A stretch of 40,758 nucleotides of DNA, taken from positions 1-40,758 of IMG/VR virus record IMGVR_UViG_3300022863_000016; one strand, 5' to 3'. Shown one piece after another: positions 8,412-17,311 of the stretch; the stretch's first letter is position 1, and each line of letters opens with the position of its first letter. Source of the stretch: a virus (Duplodnaviria; Caudoviricetes). Position numbers and translations under genes: made by a program. The notes under the pieces are model-generated. The model saw only the letters and a list, made by a program, of their open reading frames with translations, made no database searches and was not told the DNA's origin.

Positions 8412-9066
8412 GTTACATTTTATAGAGCCTTTTACTGATATTGATCTTTATTGGATAGGCTATTTACAAGCAGACGGATCAATAACGCGCAATAGCAGTA
8501 GCATTCGGTTTGCGCAAAAGTACTATGAACCTGTTTATGAATTCGCACAATATTTTAAAGGTGTAACACACGTCCATCAATCGATTGCAGGAACCAAGCA
8601 TATTTGTCCAGGCTATGTAAGCTATCATGCTAGTGCACCATTTAATAAACAAGGTTCTCTTAACAACATTGGTTTAAAGAAAGAGCTTAGAGCCGATATT
8701 TATAAGTCAAAGCATTTTTGGAGAGGTATGGTAGATGGTGATGGTTGTATTTCATTATCCGGAAGTGTACCAGTCATCGGGTTATGCGGAAACCATAATG
8801 ACATGTCTATGTTTGCTAATTACGTCGAAAGCCTAGGTTTGTGTAAACCCAAGATAGGTATAGCTCGTTCTATATTTCAAGTACGGATAAGTGGAGAAGC
8901 GGCAGCTTATTTAAGCAAAGAGTTATACCTTGGAGAATATAGTGCCTTACCAGTAAAAGCAGAAAAAGCAAAAGTCTCAATGAAGCATAGAGCTAAAATA
9001 AGTTCTAAATCAAAGCTACCTGACAAATTAAAAGCAGAGTTTTATGACTCAGCACTTCTAGAATGA
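8410..9066 (+). CDS. free-standing double-motif LAGLIDADG homing endonuclease
   Basis: YWIGYLQADGS and FWRGMVDGDG motifs; AT-rich coding. Confidence 0.85.
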   Translation: MLHFIEPFTDIDLYWIGYLQADGSITRNSSSIRFAQKYYEPVYEFAQYFKGVTHVHQSIAGTKHICPGYVSYHASAPFNKQGSLNNIGLKKELRADIYKSKHFWRGMVDGDGCISLSGSVPVIGLCGNHNDMSMFANYVESLGLCKPKIGIARSIFQVRISGEAAAYLSKELYLGEYSALPVKAEKAKVSMKHRAKISSKSKLPDKLKAEFYDSALLE

Positions 9067-9083
9067 TTCCTGGTCCCCAAATG

Positions 9084-9119
9084 AAAATGCCCTGGATTTT
9101 AACAACCCAGGGCATTTTT
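9084..9119. terminator. bidirectional intrinsic terminator
   Basis: AAAATGCCCTGG...CCAGGGCATTTTT between convergent genes. Confidence 0.8.
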
Positions 9120-9197
9120 GTGTGACCAGATGATCATCTCTATTAATCTACGGGTATATTTAATGTGAGAATATACTCCATAATTACCCGTAGAAAT

Positions 9198-11471
9198 TTA
9201 AAATGGTATATCATCAATCAGTTCAGGCTGAGTAGGTGCCTTATATGAGACGTCTTCAATCTCAGGCCAATCGACCTCGCCCGCGGTAACCTTAAAGGCA
9301 TCCCGGTGTTTCTTTAAGGTGTCCAATTCGTAAGCCCAAATTTCTGCTTTGACCTTATACCCGTTGCGATCATTACGCTCTACGTGAGCCTTGATCTTCT
9401 TCAGGTGTCTGTTGGGCCATACCTTCTTTAATTCCTTGCCGAAGGTAGGGATGTCCACGCGCCTGCGCTCTCCCCAATCCTCTGAGCGCTTAATGTAGGA
9501 CTCATATAGATCGTCGATGCATATCATCGTCGGCCACTCTTCAGAGCGACCTGGCAAAATCTGACCTTGGTGAAGACGCTCATACCAGAAGCGCATTACA
9601 CCATCGAGACTGTGTAGCTTCTGTTCTTGTAGAGCCGAGGTCTCTGGAATTGTTGTCACATCCGTTGTTGTAAGGTCTAACGTTTGCAAATGGTGAAGCA
9701 ACCCGCCAAAACCGCCATTCTCTAGTTGGCGCCATAGCGCTCTAAAGAATGGCTTGTCTTGAATGCGGGCGTCACTTGTATCAAGAACGGCGAAGCGCCG
9801 CTCCTCAAAGGCAGCGGGCATAATGAAGTCATTATTTGATGTAACCAACAGTCTAATGTAGTTACTGACTTCAAAAGTGTCCTTGCCTTTCATTTCTATT
9901 CGGTGGGTGTCACTGGTGACCATGCCTTTAAGTTTTCCAATGTGTCGTGGGTCACCTGCAAAGAAAGCCTCATCGGCGTGTAGTAGCAGTGTAGAAGCCA
10001 TATGGCTATTGAATTGTCCAATGACGTATCTGGAGTCTTCGACAAGGACGTAGTGGGGCTTATACAGGGCTCCCATGGCTTTTCCAATGATGGTTTTGCC
10101 GGTTCCTTGTTTTCCTCTGAAAGCCAAGGATGTGCCGGACTTTTCATCGGGGTGCTGGATGATGTGAGCAAACCATCCAAGTATCCATCTGTAAAGTGAC
10201 TCGTCACCTTTAGCAAGATTTTCTTTAATATGCTCATCGAGTAAACTCCAATCACCTGTTGAGTCGGAATCGACAGAGAACCCTCGCCACAGATTGTAGG
10301 CATCAGGCTCTCTCGCCCTTGGTTCAAACATGACGCTTGTATATGATCTCCGCTCTTCGTGCTTTAGCCAATAGGCACTTTCAGGAATTTGTTGCTTGCC
10401 AACCATGACTTGGCGGTTGCCATAAAATTCCTTGAAACCTGCAATGGACATATACTTAATGTCCACGCGTCCGTCAGATACTTTACGGTCTTCTTGAAGG
10501 ACAATTGCTTGCCCGCCAATCATTACCAAGGCAAAGTCTTGGTTGAACTTATCAACAACAGAATCGCCCTGTGGCTTGTAGTCAGGAGCCATTCGTATGA
10601 GTGTCTTGGGATCAAACTTCAAGTCTTCTGGAATTGGATCAGCTAAATCCCAGCCCCCTGCTTCTGTTTGTCCTGCCAAGACTGTTTTGTAAAGTTCACC
10701 AGGTAAGGCAACGCGGCGAATACTTCTTACGCCAACATCGATAAGTATCTCGGCAAGCCAACGCATTGCCATGTCACCAGGCTCATCTGCATCAGGCCAA
10801 AGAATAACATCGCGACCTTTAAGCTGTGCCCAGTTGGCGCGCTTGACCGCTTTACTTCCACCCGGCCACGTCATACATAGGTAGTCGTCTCCAACTATCT
10901 TCTGCGCGGCATCACATGACTTTTCACCTTCGACAATGAGGATGGGTTTGCTCTCACCCAATCTATACTCATTGTATAGGCAACGAGGTTCGGGCATCTG
11001 CTTCCACCAGAAGCGTTGCTCACCTTCATCAGACATGCACCACGAAACCGGTATGGTCTCTTTGTGCGGTTTGCCATTAATGACTGTATTGAAACGGCAA
11101 ATCATGCCTGCAATCAAACCAGCCCTGTTCTTATAGAGCCATGTGTTTGATGGTGTCCCAAATTTTGGGTGGCACATTCCATTAGGCTCACGTGTTCCTT
11201 TCGGAGCATGTGCCTTAGAGGCCCAGGTTCTTGCTTTATTTTTAGGCCATAAGTCACGATCCTTTAATGCATCAATAACAGCATCTTGAGGACATCCAGA
11301 ATGGCAATAAAAGATGATCTTGCCATTCTTCTCAGTAACTGTAAGAGCAGGAGTATTGTGATTGTTATGAGCGGGGCAAAAAGTATTATATGAACCCGGG
11401 CCTAACTTAACCTCTTTACCTTGTCCTAGCTCTCTTGCGATTTCTTCGCAGCTATATCGTCCATCAGACAT
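9198..11471 (-). CDS. DNA primase-helicase (Zn finger + TOPRIM + SF3/D5-like NTPase)
   Basis: CPAH...CHSGC zinc finger; IVEGEK and WPDAD TOPRIM motifs; Walker A GKQGTGKT; LHADE Walker B; VTSN sensor. Confidence 0.9.
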   Translation of the reverse strand: MSDGRYSCEEIARELGQGKEVKLGPGSYNTFCPAHNNHNTPALTVTEKNGKIIFYCHSGCPQDAVIDALKDRDLWPKNKARTWASKAHAPKGTREPNGMCHPKFGTPSNTWLYKNRAGLIAGMICRFNTVINGKPHKETIPVSWCMSDEGEQRFWWKQMPEPRCLYNEYRLGESKPILIVEGEKSCDAAQKIVGDDYLCMTWPGGSKAVKRANWAQLKGRDVILWPDADEPGDMAMRWLAEILIDVGVRSIRRVALPGELYKTVLAGQTEAGGWDLADPIPEDLKFDPKTLIRMAPDYKPQGDSVVDKFNQDFALVMIGGQAIVLQEDRKVSDGRVDIKYMSIAGFKEFYGNRQVMVGKQQIPESAYWLKHEERRSYTSVMFEPRAREPDAYNLWRGFSVDSDSTGDWSLLDEHIKENLAKGDESLYRWILGWFAHIIQHPDEKSGTSLAFRGKQGTGKTIIGKAMGALYKPHYVLVEDSRYVIGQFNSHMASTLLLHADEAFFAGDPRHIGKLKGMVTSDTHRIEMKGKDTFEVSNYIRLLVTSNNDFIMPAAFEERRFAVLDTSDARIQDKPFFRALWRQLENGGFGGLLHHLQTLDLTTTDVTTIPETSALQEQKLHSLDGVMRFWYERLHQGQILPGRSEEWPTMICIDDLYESYIKRSEDWGERRRVDIPTFGKELKKVWPNRHLKKIKAHVERNDRNGYKVKAEIWAYELDTLKKHRDAFKVTAGEVDWPEIEDVSYKAPTQPELIDDIPF

Positions 11472-11538
11472 AGAGTCCTGGCCCCATTCCGGCAGAAAAG
11501 ATTACCTTCCCTTAGTATTGGAAGGCCTGTGTCTGTTT

Positions 11539-12237
11539 TTAGAGATTTTCGCTGTGATCTTCAACTTTGTTGCGTTTGCCAGGATAATAGAGCATCCGGT
11601 GATCGCCAATCATTGGAGCATAATAACAGAAAATTCTCCAAGGGTCTTGCTTGGTCTTCATAACACGATCGGCAACCAACTTAATAACAAGCCGCTGCAG
11701 ATCATCTTCAGCCATGACTGACTTGCCATTCCTTATTAAAGCTTCGATAATCTGTCGAGCTTGCTTGGGGAATTTACTCCAGATGGCTTTGCCTTCTTCT
11801 GAGGTCATGCGATCAATTCTGATCTTATACATGTCCTCGTTGCTATCAGATATTTGAGCTGATCCTCTACACTGGTCACCAACAATCTGGCAGATTTCCC
11901 AGAGTTCGTCGGCTAGTTCAGTCTTACTAAACTGATCCAGATTGTCTGGTGGGACAAGTATCTTGTCGCCGAGTTCAGCAGTTTTGTATCTCCAATAAGG
12001 ATCATCAAATTGTGCATAAATGTCATTAATGTACTTGGTTAACGTTTTGGGTGAGTGGCGATGAGCCATTTCACCAGCATTTGAATAAATTACCAAGGTC
12101 CGCGTGGACTTGGCATAGCGAAGCAAGGCCATATCCATCGAAGGAAACAGTCTTACATCAGAATAGTTCTTGTGGGCATTTGTAGGAAAAAAGGCAACAA
12201 CCCAAGAACCTTTGGGTCTTTCCTCATGGGCAAGCAT
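11539..12237 (-). CDS. hypothetical protein with putative C-terminal winged-helix-like domain
   Basis: 232 aa; AGAGCGGAGA leader; C-terminal part resembles 12545..12925. Confidence 0.7.
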   Translation of the reverse strand: MLAHEERPKGSWVVAFFPTNAHKNYSDVRLFPSMDMALLRYAKSTRTLVIYSNAGEMAHRHSPKTLTKYINDIYAQFDDPYWRYKTAELGDKILVPPDNLDQFSKTELADELWEICQIVGDQCRGSAQISDSNEDMYKIRIDRMTSEEGKAIWSKFPKQARQIIEALIRNGKSVMAEDDLQRLVIKLVADRVMKTKQDPWRIFCYYAPMIGDHRMLYYPGKRNKVEDHSENL

Positions 12238-12270
12238 TTAAATTCTCCGCTCTTTATGCTCTATATAAGG

Positions 12271-12299
12271 ACTATACAAATTTTTCCGGTTTTTGTACA
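12271..12299 (-). promoter_or_regulatory. leftward promoter
   Basis: TGTACA-N17-TATAGT on the minus strand, followed by an AGAGCGGAGA leader. Confidence 0.7.
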
Positions 12300-12347
12300 T
12301 ATAAAAAATGAAGCGATGGCGTGTTTTATATTGCCAATGATACTAAA

Positions 12348-12401
12348 GTGATACAAGCAGTTCAAAGGTGATATATGAGCAGTTCATTGGGATAAACAGT
12401 T
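12348..12401. repeat. three imperfect direct repeats between divergent promoters
   Basis: GTGATAcaAGCAGTTCA, GTGATAtatgAGCAGTTCA, GGGATAaaCAGTT. Confidence 0.55.
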
Positions 12402-12407
12402 AGCGCA

Positions 12408-12451
12408 TGGCACATTTTTCTGTTTACATTCTTTTTGTTACGACATATATT
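12408..12451 (+). promoter_or_regulatory. rightward promoter
   Basis: TGGCA-N10-TTTACA-N17-TATATT. Confidence 0.65.
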
Positions 12452-12544
12452 CTATAAGTACGCTGAATGAATGACTGAAACAAACCCAAGACCAACTTGA
12501 CCGCAGAGACGGCAAGTTCAACCAGAGCAAAAAAGGAACACAAC

Positions 12545-12925
12545 ATGAGCAAGACCATTACCCTCGTCAAGGAACTCACTGAAGAAGTCAAGACCCCGCA
12601 AGTGCGCGCCATGCTTTCGATCCTCAGTGAAAAGGTCGGCTTGAGCAATGCGGTCGTTGCGAAAGACTTCTTCCCCGTTATCGAGGCCGATCCGAGCTTC
12701 GTTTCTCGCCAGGGCGCCGAGCGCGTCTGGAAGTTCTACGAGAAGGCGATGGTCGAAAACGGTTTCATCGAGATCGCCGGCATCGACGCGAAGCCCGAAA
12801 AAGCGGCCAAGGCTGCGACGACCGAAGACGCTCCCAAGGAAGAGCCCAAGCGCACTGCTTCCAAGCGCACGAAGGAAAACCACGAGACGGCCGGCGAGCA
12901 CGGACACGCTCACGAAACCAAGTAA
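12545..12925 (+). CDS. hypothetical, probably abundant DNA-binding protein with K/A/E-rich tail
   Basis: AAGGA RBS before ATG12545; strongly GC3-biased codons; own promoter and terminator. Confidence 0.8.
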   Translation: MSKTITLVKELTEEVKTPQVRAMLSILSEKVGLSNAVVAKDFFPVIEADPSFVSRQGAERVWKFYEKAMVENGFIEIAGIDAKPEKAAKAATTEDAPKEEPKRTASKRTKENHETAGEHGHAHETK

Positions 12926-12994
12926 GTTTGGCGCAACTCAGTAGAGTGGCGCCTCCGTTGGAGCAGCCACTTTACAGGAGTTCAGTCGGCTGAC

Positions 12995-13033
12995 AAAAAG
13001 GCCCTGAGTCTTTAATGACTTGGGGCCTTTTTT
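12995..13033. terminator. bidirectional intrinsic terminator
   Basis: AAAAAGGCCCTGAGTC...GACTTGGGGCCTTTTTT. Confidence 0.85.
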
Positions 13034-13721
13034 ATTCTCCATACAGAAATCGTTGTTGTTCATCGGTAAGTCTCGATAAAGTTCTTTTGGCTGTTTTCCA
13101 TTTTAGTATTTCCAAGGCACGTTTATGCTTTATAGGCAAGGCGCTATAAGCATCATTGCCGTAGAGTAGTTTTGTAAGATAAGCAGCAGGTTCCCCATTA
13201 AGACCCACTCTAAAGATTGATCTGGCAACTCCAACCTTTGGTCTTTTAAGTCCTGTGCTTTCTATCCAGTCAGCACATTTGACCATGTCATATTCATTGC
13301 CACACCACGCGATAGCTGGATAGGTTCGGCCTGAGTTCACTACAAAGTTTATGGAACCGTCACCGTCGAGTAGTCCGCGCCAGAAATCAAAGCTTAGGTA
13401 AATGTCGTCACGGAGTTTTGACTTGCACCCAAGAGCTTCTAGAGCGTAGTAAGGTTTGGACGACGAGAAGAGAAACATAGAGTGGTTTTCTTTAAAACCA
13501 GTATTTTTGTGAATGCGCTCTTTTACAGCACCTTGTCCCTCAACATAAGTGTGCAAGGCTATTACAGGCTCCTCGTGTATTTGGCCAAAGACCAAATACC
13601 CACCTTTCTTTCTATACAGCCCAGGGCTATATTCTTGACCAACCTTAGATACAAGTGAACCGTCAGCTTGTATATAGCCCAGCCAATAAAGATCAAAATT
13701 ATTCAATGGGTCGGCGAACAT
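13032..13721 (-). CDS. free-standing double-motif LAGLIDADG homing endonuclease
   Basis: YWLGYIQADGS and FWRGLLDGDG motifs; paralogue of 8410..9066. Confidence 0.85.
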   Translation of the reverse strand: MFADPLNNFDLYWLGYIQADGSLVSKVGQEYSPGLYRKKGGYLVFGQIHEEPVIALHTYVEGQGAVKERIHKNTGFKENHSMFLFSSSKPYYALEALGCKSKLRDDIYLSFDFWRGLLDGDGSINFVVNSGRTYPAIAWCGNEYDMVKCADWIESTGLKRPKVGVARSIFRVGLNGEPAAYLTKLLYGNDAYSALPIKHKRALEILKWKTAKRTLSRLTDEQQRFLYGE

Positions 13722-13747
13722 TTTCGTTTACTCCTCATGATAACTAG

Positions 13748-13791
13748 AATATAGTGCATCTATATACCCCTGTAAACAAAGGAATATGCCA
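13748..13791 (-). promoter_or_regulatory. promoter for the second LAGLIDADG gene
   Basis: Minus strand TGGCA-N10-TTTACA-N17-TATATT; GAGGAG RBS. Confidence 0.6.
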
Positions 13792-14753
13792 TGGCCAATG
13801 CTAGAGGAAAACACATTGATGGAACACACCTATCAGCCGATGCTGCAGAAGAAAGGGTCATCATCCATCGCGACCTAATCGCGCACGTATTTCGCTGGAC
13901 ACACGTGGCTAAGTATGTCGCCGCCAACATGCGTTACAAGAAAGCCAAGGTCCTCGATGCCGGATGCGGTGTTGATCTTCCGCTTGCTCGCATGATGTAC
14001 TCCAATCGTTTCATTGCATTGGACTACGCCGGCGTGGACTACAACAAGAGTGACAAATTCAAGCTGGACATGTTCAAGTCTGGCAAGTTCCCGATGAGTG
14101 CTTACGGAGGTGTAGATTTTGCCTCCAAGCAAGTTCTTGTTCGGTCTCCTGAGTTTGATAGCAAGGAAGATCATGTCGTCTATATCGATGGCGACAAGGA
14201 AGAAGGCGAACACGACCTTCCAAACATCATCACTTCATTCGAAGTCATTGAGCACGTCGAACCTTCACATGCTCGTGCAATGCTTCGTAAGATTGGCGTC
14301 ATCATGAGGCATGCCAAGGAAGCAGGCGAAACGCCTGTCGCCTTCATCTCGACGCCTTGCTATGATCAGCACACAGGCGCCGCCGACAATCACGTTAATG
14401 AAATGACCTACCTTGCTTTGGGCGGGTTGATCGAAGACCTCGGGTTCGAGATTGAGGCACATTATGGCACGTTCGCATCCATCAAAGACTACAAAGACAA
14501 AATGCTGGAAAGCAACCCCGAGGTTCGATGGCTTTGGGAGAAGCTGCGCGGTTACTATGACTCTAACGTCCTCGCAACTATCTTCGCTCCTGTGTTTCCT
14601 CAGCATGCTCGTAACGTTCTTTGGACGCTTCGGATTGCGCCTCAGTCTTACAGCCGTAAATTTGCCCCGCTGATCGAAGCACCGAAGCCTTGGTCAAGCT
14701 CAGAACTCTGGGAGCAGCTTGCTTCTGACGACCACTACAAGATGGAAGTGTGA
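13791..14753 (+). CDS. class I SAM-dependent methyltransferase (small-molecule type)
   Basis: VLDAGCG motif I, YAGVD motif II, SFEVIEHV motif IV, ISTP; no DPPY/NPPY or PCQ motif of DNA MTases. Confidence 0.85.
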   Translation: MANARGKHIDGTHLSADAAEERVIIHRDLIAHVFRWTHVAKYVAANMRYKKAKVLDAGCGVDLPLARMMYSNRFIALDYAGVDYNKSDKFKLDMFKSGKFPMSAYGGVDFASKQVLVRSPEFDSKEDHVVYIDGDKEEGEHDLPNIITSFEVIEHVEPSHARAMLRKIGVIMRHAKEAGETPVAFISTPCYDQHTGAADNHVNEMTYLALGGLIEDLGFEIEAHYGTFASIKDYKDKMLESNPEVRWLWEKLRGYYDSNVLATIFAPVFPQHARNVLWTLRIAPQSYSRKFAPLIEAPKPWSSSELWEQLASDDHYKMEV

Positions 14754-14813
14754 GAAGGTTATGTCTAGGAAAAAGGCATACTCGAGTCTATAACCAGAAA
14801 AGGAGTCGAACTC

Positions 14814-15296
14814 GTGGATAGCGAAAAGATACACATTAAAGCAGGCTTTGATCCTGTCCGTGACGTCGAAGAGTTCCACAAGAAATTTGGCTTGGAATAT
14901 GTAGGCAAACCACGCGGTCTGCCTCCTGAGTTTGCTCAGTTCAGGCAGAAGTTCATCCAAGAAGAACTGGACGAATATATCACCAATCACGTCAATCTCG
15001 AATTCGAGCTTGGTTTGAAAGAGCCTCAGAAGATTGACAAGTACCTCGAAGAGCAGCTCGATGCTCTTGTCGACCTTGTCTACGTCGCGCTTGGTAATGC
15101 TCATCTTCATGGTTTCGATTTCAGAGAAGCCTGGCGCCGCGTGCATGCCGCGAATATGGCGAAGGTAAGAGCTGAGAAAGCATCTGATAGCAAGCGCGGT
15201 TCAACTTTTGATGTCGTCAAACCTGCTGGCTGGACGGCGCCGTCGCATGCTGATCTTGTGGAGGACAATGTCTATGCCAATGGAAATAAAGCCTGA
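14814..15296 (+). CDS. MazG/PRA-PH-like nucleoside triphosphate pyrophosphohydrolase
   Basis: VEEFHKKF, FIQEELDEY, LDALVDLVYV, VHAANMAK, KPAGWTAP. Confidence 0.9.
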   Translation: MDSEKIHIKAGFDPVRDVEEFHKKFGLEYVGKPRGLPPEFAQFRQKFIQEELDEYITNHVNLEFELGLKEPQKIDKYLEEQLDALVDLVYVALGNAHLHGFDFREAWRRVHAANMAKVRAEKASDSKRGSTFDVVKPAGWTAPSHADLVEDNVYANGNKA

Positions 15297-15546
15297 GGTT
15301 TCAGAACTTGAGTGCAGGTGCTCAACTGATCCAAACCAAAAAGAAATGGTCAAAGCCATGAGTGGCGGACTTTTTGCTATTCTTGAATATAATCTGCGAA
15401 TGCATGATCTATGCGGTAAAGTTGGTCTAAAGATTTTGGCCAAGGCTACTGCTGAGATCATAAAAAGAACTGATACCAACGATCGACCGAAGTTGGAGGA
15501 ACACTTTAAAATGTTCCTTGATGCAGAATTTGCGGAGAAATCATGA
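15268..15546 (+). CDS. hypothetical protein
   Basis: GGAGGA RBS before ATG15268; overlaps both neighbours. Confidence 0.6.
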   Translation: MSMPMEIKPEVSELECRCSTDPNQKEMVKAMSGGLFAILEYNLRMHDLCGKVGLKILAKATAEIIKRTDTNDRPKLEEHFKMFLDAEFAEKS

Positions 15547-16511
15547 GCCAGCATCCTATCTTGGTACTTGACGGGCCTGACGGTTCAGGGAAAACGACGC
15601 TAGCTATGAAACTGTGCGCGTCGATGGGAGCTAAGTATATCCACCTGACGTTCAGGTGGAAAAATGCCATGTTCAACTACCACACAGCTGCCATAGAATT
15701 GGCGCTGAAATATGCTGAGAAACAGCCTGTGGTTATCGACCGCTGGTGGCCGTCAGAACTCATCTATGCAAATGTCTTTCGCCACGGCTCCAACATTAAG
15801 CATAGCGGAAGATTTCTTGACCGTGTGGCATTAAAGCATGGTCTGACATACGTGTTCTGTAACCCATCAAATGAGGCGAAGTACTTTAGTCGCTTCAAAG
15901 AACTTGAAGCTACCGGGCGCGAAATGTATACCTCTATGGAGGGCGTCTACCAAGGTTACCAAGAGCTCTACAAGAAACTGGGTTCGCGCCTTGATTGTGT
16001 GCATTACGACATAGACACAGACGGCAAAGACCTTGAAGGCTTTGTAGAATGGCTAGAGTCTTACTCCTACTCTGTTTGGGGCAAGGTTCCTCCTTTCTGG
16101 TCGGACAACAGCAATCGAATGGTGGCTGGCAGTAGCAACCATCCTGACATTCTTTTTGTTGGCGACGAGAGCCCAACAAAGACTCGACGCAAGGTGTGGC
16201 CATTCTTCGAATATGACCATAGTTCTCTGTGGTTCACTGAAGCTCTGGCCAGGCACAAAATCCCCGAATATAAGTTGGCTTGGGTCAATTCAGCTGAGAA
16301 AGGCATACCGAACTTTGCTATGGTTCGAAAGGCTATTCTCACTGCTAGGCCTAAGCATGTCGTCATGCTTGGTCACAAAGCAGCGGGCCGAGTTACAATT
16401 GACCGTAACTCACCTACTCAGTACCACTTCATGAAGCATCCGCAATGGTATAAGCGCTTCTCGCCGTCAGAGCAGGTGGACATCATTAACTTGAAGAGGC
16501 TCCTAGGATGA
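15543..16511 (+). CDS. dNMP (thymidylate-kinase-like) kinase fused to a UDG-superfamily-like domain
   Basis: LDGPDGSGKTT P-loop and IDRWWPSELIY; C-terminal ILFVGDESP..WPF..WVN..PKHVVMLGHKA..HPQW. Confidence 0.85.
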   Translation: MSQHPILVLDGPDGSGKTTLAMKLCASMGAKYIHLTFRWKNAMFNYHTAAIELALKYAEKQPVVIDRWWPSELIYANVFRHGSNIKHSGRFLDRVALKHGLTYVFCNPSNEAKYFSRFKELEATGREMYTSMEGVYQGYQELYKKLGSRLDCVHYDIDTDGKDLEGFVEWLESYSYSVWGKVPPFWSDNSNRMVAGSSNHPDILFVGDESPTKTRRKVWPFFEYDHSSLWFTEALARHKIPEYKLAWVNSAEKGIPNFAMVRKAILTARPKHVVMLGHKAAGRVTIDRNSPTQYHFMKHPQWYKRFSPSEQVDIINLKRLLG

Positions 16512-17311
16512 TAGGCACTTATGCGACTGCCAACGAAGCTTGGCTCGAGACAATTCGAGAAGTCAACATGTATGGCCATGAGGTAGCTCCTCGTGGCATG
16601 CCATGCAAGGAACTTCTTGCTTACAAATCAACATTAATGATGCGATACCCGATCGTGTCTATTCCGGCGCGCAAGCTGGGTTACAAGTTTCAAGCGGCTG
16701 AGGCTGCTTGGATTTTATCGGGAGACAATCGTGTTGAGACGATTGCTCCCTATAGCAAAGCAATTGCAAGGTTTTCTGACGACGGCATTAGGTACTTTGG
16801 AGCGTATGGTCCACGCGTTATTGACCAAATTGCTGGAGTGGCTAAGGCGATAGCCAATGATCCAGACACCAGACAGGCCGTCATGACTATCTGGCGGTCA
16901 AATCCACCCGCGACAAAGGATGTTCCCTGCACTGTCTCTATTCAATGGCTTGTAAGGGACGGAAAACTTCATTGCATTGACACAATGCGCTCTTCCGATA
17001 CATGGCTGGGATGGCCTTACGATGTCTTCAATTTCAGCATGCTTACCGGGTATCTGGCCTTGTATCTCCGTCGTGTTTACGGTGTTAGCTATGATCTCGG
17101 GTCTCTTAGCCTTGTGGCTGGGTCGCAGCATATCTACAAGACTAATGAAGCTGAAATTGCACTTGCACTACAATCGACTGAAAACCCAGTCGCTTATGAG
17201 CCATTTGACCCACTTACTTGGTTCGTAGAACCCGATGAGTTGACAGCCGCTTTGTGGCAAGCAGCCGAGGGCAAGGGCTCGCTGTATGCTATGTCAGGGA
17301 GAGAGCTATGA
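16508..17311 (+). CDS. thymidylate synthase homologue, predicted dCMP hydroxymethylase/methylase
   Basis: GAYGPR, TRQAV, DVPCT catalytic Cys, MRSSDTWLGWPYD with Asp at the E. coli ThyA Asn177 position, GSQHIY. Confidence 0.85.
   Translation: MIGTYATANEAWLETIREVNMYGHEVAPRGMPCKELLAYKSTLMMRYPIVSIPARKLGYKFQAAEAAWILSGDNRVETIAPYSKAIARFSDDGIRYFGAYGPRVIDQIAGVAKAIANDPDTRQAVMTIWRSNPPATKDVPCTVSIQWLVRDGKLHCIDTMRSSDTWLGWPYDVFNFSMLTGYLALYLRRVYGVSYDLGSLSLVAGSQHIYKTNEAEIALALQSTENPVAYEPFDPLTWFVEPDELTAALWQAAEGKGSLYAMSGREL

Noticed and set aside
12408-12422. TGGCAC as a sigma54 -24 element
   Set aside because: No TTGC at -12; the downstream sequence fits a sigma70-type N17 promoter
13791-14753. Classical DNA adenine or cytosine methyltransferase
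   Set aside because: No DPPY/NPPY/SPPY or PC/ENV catalytic motifs; the motifs are of small-molecule type
16508-17311. Ordinary ThyA or dUMP hydroxymethylase (5-hmdU phage)
   Set aside because: Asp rather than Asn at the specificity site, and ThyX is present to make dTMP
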